Shown: in pieces, positions 9,367 through 17,227 of the stretch | How the letters are laid out: each line of letters opens with the position of its first letter | Position numbering within the stretch: position 1 is the stretch's first letter | Source of the DNA: Acidobacteriota bacterium | Lineage (GTDB): Bacteria > Acidobacteriota > UBA6911 > RPQK01 > JAJDTT01 | NCBI GenBank assembly: GCA_965209055.1 | Contig: OZ242374.1 | Coordinates: 3,488,001-3,552,000 of the forward strand | DNA length: 64,000 nucleotides | Direction of reading: 5' to 3' | The notes under the pieces: model-generated | The model's database searches: none | The model's input: the letters and a program-made list of their open reading frames with translations, nothing else | What the model was told of the DNA's origin: nothing | Program-made: the position numbers and the translations under genes

Positions 9367-11026
9367 GGAGAAGAATCTGCTTGAGGTTCAATTTCCCGCT
9401 GGCCCGGGAACTGCGCTTCGCAACGCCGATCTCGAACCGGTTCATCCCCTGGCGGACCGGATCGGCCGAGAGCTTCCCGGACCGGAAGGGAACCCCCTTT
9501 TCCCCTTCCTTGCGAGGCGGCCGGACGCCTTCGGAATCCAACTCCACGGGCGTCTGATTGAGGGTGATCTCCAAGCGTTCGCCCGGCATCAGGTTGGGGA
9601 CCTCCACTTCGATGTCCACACTCTTCAATCGTCCCGCTTTTTCGGCGGCAGGCAGGTCGTCTCCGACCCGCATCTCGACCGCTGTCCGGTCTTGACCGGG
9701 GCTTTCCGCCAAGTCCACCGGAACCTGGCCCGGATAGCTGGCGATGGAGTAGGGGCCGACGTTGCCCATGACGTCCACCGTCTGGACGTAGTCGATGGCG
9801 AAGGTCTTGTCCTGGTAACGGAGCGCGTCGCTGGAACCGATGTGGTTCAGGACTTCGTAGCCTTCCGCCGCAGGCCGTCCGTAGGAGATCCTGGGCACCC
9901 TGCGGTATTGGAAATTCCAGAGATAGATTCCGTCGGCTCCGGCCCAGAGGATGTTGGAAGCGGCCCCCCGGAAGGCGGCGTCGGAACCGAACATTTGAGT
10001 GCCGCAGTTGATGCAGGGGTAGACGGGGACCTGGTGCCGGTGGCCCAGTCGGACCAGCTCCTCGGCCGGATTGGTGAAGGGGACGTAGCCTCCGCCGATG
10101 AGAAGGCGGTCCACCAGCCCCTCCTTCAGCCAGGTCTCGATGTCGATGCCGATGCGCCGGCAGGCGGCCACGGTTCCCGGGCTGCGGATTCCAAGCATCA
10201 GCGGCCGGCCCCGGCGCTCCGACTCCCGGTCCAGGACCTTGCGGGCCGAGCGGATCAGGTCGGTCATCAGGGGCATCCCTTCTTCCTCCTTGCCCGTCTT
10301 GAAGTACCAGGGCATGCGGAAGAAGTTCAGGTCCACACCCGCCACGTCGTATTTTTCAACCGTGTTGCGGATCCACCAGAGCCGGTCCTCCCGGACCTGG
10401 GGAACGGCGAAATCCAGGCCCGACCAGATGGCGGCCGCCTGGCTGCTGAACACCGGTCCCTTCATGCTCTCGTCCCCCAGCAGCCATTCCGGGTGCTCCA
10501 CCTTGAGGGGATAGATCAGCTTGCCCGCGGGCATGCCGTAGGAGTCGTGGGTGTCGTTCATCCGCAGGGAGCCGAAGAGTTCGACGTCCCGCCCGCGGGC
10601 GGCATCCACCATGACGGGAGTGGGATCTGAGATGACCGGATTCAGGGGTTTGCCGAGCTGTTGAGTCTCCCAGTAGCGGGTCTTTCCTTTGCCGATGGCG
10701 ATAGCCCACATGATGCACCAGGCGATGCTGTCCACGGGGGTCTCCAGGATGGGAACGAAGCGTTGGGCCAGGAAGGCCTCCACGCTCTTTTCGGCGTCGT
10801 CGCTGTAGCAGAGGTCTCCGTCATCGTCCAGGATGACGCGCCGCCGGCGCCAGGCGGCTTCCCGCCTCTGCTCCACGAGCCGGGCCGCCGAATTGCCGCC
10901 GCAGCCGGTCAGCCCTCCGGCAAGAGAGGCGGACAGTGCCAACCCCGTTCCCTGCAGGAACTGCCGGCGGGAGGGAGATTTTAGGATCGAAGTACTCTCG
11001 GGATCGCTGGCGGGCCGGTTTTTCAT
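9350..11026 (-). CDS. Tat-exported lipoprotein, putative glycoside-hydrolase-like TIM barrel (GHL10/DUF187-like)
   Basis: SRRQFL Tat motif, LTGC lipobox; RMNDTHD, LDFAVPQVR, GADGIYLWNF. Confidence 0.65.
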   Translation of the reverse strand: MKNRPASDPESTSILKSPSRRQFLQGTGLALSASLAGGLTGCGGNSAARLVEQRREAAWRRRRVILDDDGDLCYSDDAEKSVEAFLAQRFVPILETPVDSIAWCIMWAIAIGKGKTRYWETQQLGKPLNPVISDPTPVMVDAARGRDVELFGSLRMNDTHDSYGMPAGKLIYPLKVEHPEWLLGDESMKGPVFSSQAAAIWSGLDFAVPQVREDRLWWIRNTVEKYDVAGVDLNFFRMPWYFKTGKEEEGMPLMTDLIRSARKVLDRESERRGRPLMLGIRSPGTVAACRRIGIDIETWLKEGLVDRLLIGGGYVPFTNPAEELVRLGHRHQVPVYPCINCGTQMFGSDAAFRGAASNILWAGADGIYLWNFQYRRVPRISYGRPAAEGYEVLNHIGSSDALRYQDKTFAIDYVQTVDVMGNVGPYSIASYPGQVPVDLAESPGQDRTAVEMRVGDDLPAAEKAGRLKSVDIEVEVPNLMPGERLEITLNQTPVELDSEGVRPPRKEGEKGVPFRSGKLSADPVRQGMNRFEIGVAKRSSRASGKLNLKQILLHVHYS

Positions 11027-11104
11027 GGTCCAGAGAATAGCACCTCGAAGCCCCTGCGGCATGACGTTGATCAGTTCCCGAAGGGGCGGCCTATAATTGC
11101 TTCG

Positions 11105-11998
11105 GTGCGTCTCGTCTTCGGTATTTCATTGCTGTCGTTTCTGGTGGGGACCCAGCCCGAGTCCGCCCGGGAGCTGACGGAGAAATCGATCCGGGAACTG
11201 CGGCTGATGGTGGTGGAGTTCATCAACCAGGATCGGCTAAAGGCCTCGGCCCGGCCAGTGGTGTATTCCGAACCCCTCTCCCTGCTGGCCGACGAGCATT
11301 GCCGGGAGATGCTGCGGGAAGGCTACACCAGCCACTGGAACCGGGCCGGCTGGAAGCCATACATGCGCTATTCCCAGGGCGGGGTCACCGATCATACCTC
11401 CGAAAACATCGCCAGCATGAACAGCACCGGCTTCGAGGTGAGCTTCGACTCCGTCAAGGCCGAATTGACCGCGCGCCACGAGAGCCTCATCGGTGAGGAA
11501 CCGCCGTACGACCAGCACCGCCAAAACATCCTGGACCCTCACCATACCCATGTCGGAATCGGGGTGGCCTACAGCAGGGCGGGCCTGCGGATGATCCAGA
11601 TCTTCGCCCGGCGGTACGTGAGCCTGGAGCCCATTCCCGCAAGGCAGGGACCCTCCGCCAGCGTTCAACTGAAGGGCAAGTTGCTCGTGCCCGGATACGA
11701 TCTCCAGGCGATCTCCGTCTTCTACGAACCCCTGCCGGAAGAGATGTCACTGGCGCAGTTGATGGGGACGTATTCCTATGCTTTGCCCGCTGACGAGAAG
11801 ATCTACAGGACCCGTCTGCCCTCGATCATGCGCTACGCCGACGGCACCCGGGGATCGGTGGACGTCCGGGGCCGGTCCTTCTCCCAGACCATCTCCTTCC
11901 CCTCCCGGAAAGGGGTCTACACCCTGGTCGTCTGGCTCGAGAAAGAAAACGAGGTTCGGGGCTTCACGGCCACCAACGCCACCGTCTTCGTGGAGTGA
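11105..11998 (+). CDS. CAP/SCP domain protein, secreted
   Basis: INQDR, SHWN...PYMRY, ENIA, HRQNILDPHHTHVGIGV. Confidence 0.85.
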   Translation: MRLVFGISLLSFLVGTQPESARELTEKSIRELRLMVVEFINQDRLKASARPVVYSEPLSLLADEHCREMLREGYTSHWNRAGWKPYMRYSQGGVTDHTSENIASMNSTGFEVSFDSVKAELTARHESLIGEEPPYDQHRQNILDPHHTHVGIGVAYSRAGLRMIQIFARRYVSLEPIPARQGPSASVQLKGKLLVPGYDLQAISVFYEPLPEEMSLAQLMGTYSYALPADEKIYRTRLPSIMRYADGTRGSVDVRGRSFSQTISFPSRKGVYTLVVWLEKENEVRGFTATNATVFVE

Positions 11999-12087
11999 GA
12001 CGGAGAACTTCCTAGTTCGTTGAGATCACTCTAGATAGGCGCCTCGTGCACTCGGTAGGTTCCAATCGGACCTCATTCCGAAACTTC

Positions 12088-12129
12088 CCAACAAATCTGT
12101 TGCCAACAAATCCGTTGGTAATGTATGAT
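12088..12129 (+). promoter_or_regulatory. sigma70-like promoter overlapped by a tandem palindromic operator
   Basis: CCAACAAATCTGTTG (12088-12102) + CCAACAAATCCGTTG (12103-12117); TTGCCA 12100-12105, 18 nt, TATGAT 12124-12129. Confidence 0.6.
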
Positions 12130-12153
12130 GGGTTTTGTAGAGGAACCAGATAG

Positions 12154-13419
12154 GAAAAACTCAAGAAGGCAGGTGGCAACTGGGTCGACGGAGATCGATT
12201 CTTCGATCGAGACGTCGAACTTGAGGCATTGAGTGAGCGTGTCAAAGAGGGAACCCACACTCTGCTGACGGCGCAGCGCCGGATGGGTAAGACGAGCCTA
12301 GTAAGGGAACTGTTACGCCAACTGGCGGATGAAGGCAGCTTCGAGACCATCTTTGTCGATCTGGAAGGCGCTAACGACTCCGCTGACGCCATCGCCGAGA
12401 TTGCAATCCAGACACGATCGGTTCGGACTGTTTGGGGTCGTATCAAGTCCGGTTTCGCGAACTTCCTGGAAGACTTTGGTGATCGAATCGAAGCCTTGGA
12501 AGTAGCCGACGTGAAGGTCAAGTTGCGCGCCGGAATCGATGCCGGAAACTGGCGCCAGCGAGGTGATCAAATCTTCACGGCACTTGCATTGAGCGAGAAA
12601 CCAGTTGTGTTGGCCATCGATGAGTTGCCGATCCTAATCAACAGACTACTCAAGGGTCAGGACTACCGGATCACGCCGGACCGGCGGGACGCGGCAGACC
12701 AGTTTTTGAGTTGGCTCCGCAAGAATGGGCAGACCCATCGGGGGCGGGTATCCATGATCGTCTCGGGCAGCGTTGGTCTTGAACCCGTTCTCAAACAAGC
12801 CGGCCTCAGCGCGCAGGCAAATATTTTTTCGCCGTTCGACTTGAGACCTTGGAGCCGGGAAATTTCCATCAAATGCCTGGGATCGCTGGCGTATACCTAC
12901 GGCTTGGACCTATCTCGTGAGGTCCGATCCGAGATGTGCCACCGTCTCCGATGCTGTGTTCCCCACCACGTACAGCAGTTTTTCGACCATCTTCATGAAC
13001 ATTTGCGCCGGAATAAAAGACTCGCAGCGACACTCGCCGATGTCGGCCATGTGTATGAGCAGGATCTTCTCAGCGTCCGTGGCCAAATCGATCTGGAGCA
13101 CTATGAGAGCCGGCTGAGGATGATTCTGGGAACTGAAAGCTACAAGACCGCACTCAGTCTGTTGACGGAGACAGCGGTAGGCGATGCTCTACTGAGGTGG
13201 AAATCGATCGAGAAGTATCGCGGCGGTCATTCGTCAGGTTCTGGGGATTCGGTGACAATCGAAGATGTTCTGTACACCTTGGAGCATGACGGTTATCTGG
13301 CCGCCGACTCCGATGGTTATCGGTTTGTTTCGGGTCTGCTTGAAGACTGGTGGAAGGCCCGACACGGTGCGTATTTCATTCCGATCGACAGGCGAAGATC
13401 GAGACAAGAGGCGAAGTGA
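12154..13419 (+). CDS. P-loop ATPase (archaeal-ATPase/STAND-like); expected start codon disrupted
   Basis: Walker A AQRRMGKTS, Walker B VVLAIDE; frame open from 12154 (EKLKKAGGNWVDGDRFFDR) after TAG 12151-12153; first in-frame start is TTG 12229. Confidence 0.8.
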   Translation, partial: EKLKKAGGNWVDGDRFFDRDVELEALSERVKEGTHTLLTAQRRMGKTSLVRELLRQLADEGSFETIFVDLEGANDSADAIAEIAIQTRSVRTVWGRIKSGFANFLEDFGDRIEALEVADVKVKLRAGIDAGNWRQRGDQIFTALALSEKPVVLAIDELPILINRLLKGQDYRITPDRRDAADQFLSWLRKNGQTHRGRVSMIVSGSVGLEPVLKQAGLSAQANIFSPFDLRPWSREISIKCLGSLAYTYGLDLSREVRSEMCHRLRCCVPHHVQQFFDHLHEHLRRNKRLAATLADVGHVYEQDLLSVRGQIDLEHYESRLRMILGTESYKTALSLLTETAVGDALLRWKSIEKYRGGHSSGSGDSVTIEDVLYTLEHDGYLAADSDGYRFVSGLLEDWWKARHGAYFIPIDRRRSRQEAK

Positions 13420-15617
13420 TGAAGGCAATCACCAAGAAATACAATCCGGGGTTTTTGACCGACGACGAACTCTTGCAATCGTTCTGTGTACGGACCGGCG
13501 AATTTGAATCGATCGTCGAAACTCTAAGCGAGAGCACCGGAAATTCGAATCCACACATCATCGTCATCGGTCCACGTGGCAGCGGTAAGACTCACCTGTT
13601 GCTTCGAGTCGCGGTCGAGATCCGGCGAAACCCCAAGTTGGAGAGGTTTTTCCCCGTCGTATTCGCCGAGGAGAGCTACGAGGTTACGACTTGCGGCGAA
13701 TTCTGGTTGGAATGCCTTGGCCGTCTTGCGGACCAGGCACCGTCCACGGATGGTGTGGATCTGCACCGTACCTACGAAGACCTGAGATCCAGTCCGGATG
13801 ATTTCATTTTGTCGGAGCGTTGTCTCGGGGTGCTCTTGGATTTCGCCGACCGTCACAGCCAACGTCTGGTGCTCCTGGTCGAGAATCTGAACATGTTATT
13901 CGCGGACATGCTCGACCCGGACGCGGGATGGCGGTTGAGAAAGACGTTACAAACGGAACCACGAATTCTCTTGCTCGGAAGCGCAACCAGCCGATTCAAG
14001 GAGATCGACCATCCCGAAAATGCTCTCTACGACCTCTTTCGGATCATCACCCTTAATCCACTCAATACCAGTGAGTGCGCAACGCTTTGGAAGACCGTTT
14101 CCGGACGATCTGCTGAGTTGCGGACCATCAGGCCGCTGCAAATTCTCACCGGCGGCAGCCCCCGATTGCTTACCATCGTCTCTTTTTTCGGGGCGGGGCA
14201 ATCATTCCGTGAATTGATGGAAAACTTACTAGCACTGGTCGACGATCACACGGAGTACTTCAAGAGTCATCTCGACTCACTGCCGGTCCAGGAACGACGG
14301 GTCTACCTGGCACTCGCGAGGCTTTGGAAGCCGTCGCTTTCCAGGGAAATCGCGGATTTGGCGCGTCTGGACACGAACCGGTGCAGCGCTTTGCTCGCAC
14401 GTCTTCTACAACGTGGTGCGGTAACCGTTGAAGGAGGAACTGCCCGGCGCAAACAATACTATCTGACCGAGCGTCTATACAACATCTACTACTTGCTGCG
14501 TCGTGGTTCCGGAGCAGCGTCCATGGTGGAAGCACTCATTCAATTTATGGCCTCGTACTATTCGCCTGATGAATTATTGGAATTAGGCAAGCGAATTGCG
14601 GCTGAGACAGGAGTTGGTGACCAGCGAGCAAGGGAACTCGCTCGGGCGGCATTCGCAAATCTACTTGACTTACCGTTGCTAACGTCATATCGGGAGTCAC
14701 TCCTTACCGACGAAGATGTTGTCAGCGCATTTGGGTCAATGAGCACCCCGGAAATAGCACCACAAATCGCCTATGCGCTTATAGCAAAAGCTGCCAAATT
14801 AGGTCCGACAGAACCGGCACTTACCATTTATGACGATGTAATCGATCGATTCGGTTCCTCTGAAACGTCTGAGCTCTTGCAAGTAGTGCAGTTCGCTTAC
14901 ATTCTAAAGGCGGCTATTCTCATTGGAATTGGTCGAAATAGTAAGGCGGTTACGGTCTGCGACGAGATTGTGAACCGATTCCGAACCCGTAGGGATCCAG
15001 TATCCTTAATGTTATTGGCGATGGCATTTTTCAGCAAAGGAAGCGCGTTGCAATTGATTGGCGACGCTCCAAACGCGGTCCATGCGTTTGATCAAGCACT
15101 AAATCGGCTTAGTACAGCCGAAGCAAAGGAAATTAAGGGCCTTAGTCCAATTGTTGCCAATACAATCCTGGGCAAGGGGTATGCGTATCATAAGAATAAC
15201 CAACCAGGAGATGCTCTTGCCGCTTTCAACGAGGTCGCAACGCGATTCGGTGGAACCGACGATCCGCAGACCGCTAAAGTGGTGGCAACTGCCGTCGTAA
15301 GGAAAATTATTCTCCAATGTGAAATGAATCGCATTGTCAGCCAAAATGAGGTCGTGATGCTGCTGGAGCACCTACCGGCGATGGATTATCTTCCCGTAGG
15401 ATGTGTGCCTCTACTGATTCAATTTAGCGTCATGTCTGGCCCAGACCGTGCTCTTGAGTTGATCCAAGTGTCTCGGGCCTCTGATCGGTTGTTGCCCCTG
15501 GTCACCGCTTTAGAACAAATCCTCGGTCGCTCGCCTCGGGTAGCTCGGGAAGTTGCAGAGATTGCGGCTGATATACGGCAGGAACTAGAAGAAAAGATAG
15601 CTCTCGCCCGACACTGA
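13419..15617 (+). CDS. STAND-like ATPase + winged HTH + TPR-like repeats
   Basis: TGATG coupling to upstream gene; GPRGSGKT, LVLLVEN, GGSPR; wHTH-like SREIADLARLDTNRCSALLARL; four A-x3-(Y/F/C)D-x3-RF-type helical repeats. Confidence 0.85.
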   Translation: MKAITKKYNPGFLTDDELLQSFCVRTGEFESIVETLSESTGNSNPHIIVIGPRGSGKTHLLLRVAVEIRRNPKLERFFPVVFAEESYEVTTCGEFWLECLGRLADQAPSTDGVDLHRTYEDLRSSPDDFILSERCLGVLLDFADRHSQRLVLLVENLNMLFADMLDPDAGWRLRKTLQTEPRILLLGSATSRFKEIDHPENALYDLFRIITLNPLNTSECATLWKTVSGRSAELRTIRPLQILTGGSPRLLTIVSFFGAGQSFRELMENLLALVDDHTEYFKSHLDSLPVQERRVYLALARLWKPSLSREIADLARLDTNRCSALLARLLQRGAVTVEGGTARRKQYYLTERLYNIYYLLRRGSGAASMVEALIQFMASYYSPDELLELGKRIAAETGVGDQRARELARAAFANLLDLPLLTSYRESLLTDEDVVSAFGSMSTPEIAPQIAYALIAKAAKLGPTEPALTIYDDVIDRFGSSETSELLQVVQFAYILKAAILIGIGRNSKAVTVCDEIVNRFRTRRDPVSLMLLAMAFFSKGSALQLIGDAPNAVHAFDQALNRLSTAEAKEIKGLSPIVANTILGKGYAYHKNNQPGDALAAFNEVATRFGGTDDPQTAKVVATAVVRKIILQCEMNRIVSQNEVVMLLEHLPAMDYLPVGCVPLLIQFSVMSGPDRALELIQVSRASDRLLPLVTALEQILGRSPRVAREVAEIAADIRQELEEKIALARH

Positions 15618-15715
15618 TCAGGTTGCACCAGTATAGAAACGCACCGCCGGGGATTCGAAATCACTGTCGGCAGGCGTTTGTCACGACACGAGAAGCAAGT
15701 CGCCTCGGCATCGTC

Positions 15716-17188
15716 TCAGGCCAGAGCGCCCTCGATCACCTGGCCCCGCTGGCCGGTGAGGCGCTCTTCCAGGCCGTGGTAGAAGTAGGTCAGCTTGGTG
15801 TGGTCCAGGCCCATCAGGTGCAGCACCGTGGCGTGCAGGTCGGAGACGTGGTAGGGGTCTTCCACCGCCTCGAACCCAAGCTCGTCGGTGGCTCCGATGG
15901 CCTGACCGCCCTTGACGCCGGCCCCGGCCAGCCACATGGAGAAGCCGAGCCAGTTGTGGTCGCGGCCCGGTTTCCCGACGCCCTCGCTGGTGGGGGTCCG
16001 GCCGAACTCGCCGCCCCAGATCAGGAGGGTCTCCTCCCAGAGTCCGGTCCGCTTCAGGTCTTCGATCAGGGCGGCCATGGGCTGGTCGGTCTCGTAGCCG
16101 TGGAGCGAGTGATTCTTGATGCAGTCCACGTGGCCGTCCCAGGTTTCGGGGCCGTGCCCGCCGCCCGAGTAGAGCTGGACGAAGCGGACGCCCTTCTCGA
16201 TGAGCCGCCGCGCGATGAGGCACTTGCGGCCGTAGTCGGCGGTGAGCCGGTTGTTGAGCCCGTACATCTCCCGGGTCTGCTCACTCTCCTGTTCGACGTC
16301 CACCACGTCGGCGGCCGTGGTCTGCATCCGGTACGCCAACTCGTAGGAGTGGATCCGGGCGGCCAGCTCCGACTCCTGCTCCCGGCCCTTCAGGTGCTTC
16401 CGATTCAACCGTTGCAACAGGTTCAGGGAGTGGCGCTGGGTCCGTTCGCTGACGTCCTCCGGCGTCGCCAGGTTCAGGAGCGGATTGCCCTTGCTTCGGA
16501 AGAGGGTTCCCTGGTAGGCGGCCGGCATGAAACCGGCGGTCCAGTTGGAGGTCCCGCCGATGGGTCCGCCCCGGGGATCGGTCATGACGACGAAGCTGGG
16601 CAGATCGTTGCCCAGTGTGCCCAGACCGTAGCTGAGCCACGAGCCCAGGGAGGGTCTCCCGATGATGACGTTGCCCGTGTTCATCTGGATGTTTCCCGAG
16701 GCGTGCGCCGCCGTGTCGGTGTACAGGGAGCGAATCACGCAGAGGTCGTCGGCAAAGCGGGAGACGTGGGGGTAGACGCTGCTGATTTCCAGGCCGCTCT
16801 GGCCGTGCTTCTTGAACTCGAACGGAGATTGCATCAGGTAGCCGATGGGACGGTTGTTGGACCCCACCTTCACCTTGCCCTTGTAGGGGGTACCGTTGTA
16901 CTTGGTCAGCGCGGGCTTGGGGTCGAACAGGTCCACGTGGCTGGGCCCGCCGTTCATGAAGAAGAAAATGACGTGCTTGGCGCGCGTCGGGAAGTGGGGC
17001 AGCTTGGGAGCCAGGAGCTCCGGCGGGGCGCCGTCGACTGAAGCCGCGTTCAGTCGTCCGAAAAAGCCGTCGGTAGAGAGGAGGTCGATGAGGGCCAACC
17101 CGGCGAATCCTCCGCCCGTCTCCCAGAGGAACTCCCGCCGCGTCCGGCCACAGGGTGGATTGTTGCGTGTGAACCGCTTCGTCTGCAT
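15716..17188 (-). CDS. DUF1501 family protein with Tat signal
   Basis: TRREFL; AKHVIFFFMNGGPSHVDLFDPKP; GEFGRTP; GRDHN. Confidence 0.93.
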   Translation of the reverse strand: MQTKRFTRNNPPCGRTRREFLWETGGGFAGLALIDLLSTDGFFGRLNAASVDGAPPELLAPKLPHFPTRAKHVIFFFMNGGPSHVDLFDPKPALTKYNGTPYKGKVKVGSNNRPIGYLMQSPFEFKKHGQSGLEISSVYPHVSRFADDLCVIRSLYTDTAAHASGNIQMNTGNVIIGRPSLGSWLSYGLGTLGNDLPSFVVMTDPRGGPIGGTSNWTAGFMPAAYQGTLFRSKGNPLLNLATPEDVSERTQRHSLNLLQRLNRKHLKGREQESELAARIHSYELAYRMQTTAADVVDVEQESEQTREMYGLNNRLTADYGRKCLIARRLIEKGVRFVQLYSGGGHGPETWDGHVDCIKNHSLHGYETDQPMAALIEDLKRTGLWEETLLIWGGEFGRTPTSEGVGKPGRDHNWLGFSMWLAGAGVKGGQAIGATDELGFEAVEDPYHVSDLHATVLHLMGLDHTKLTYFYHGLEERLTGQRGQVIEGALA

Positions 17189-17227
17189 CGTTGTTCTCCC
17201 GGCAGGGCCGATTCCTACGGTGCCTCC

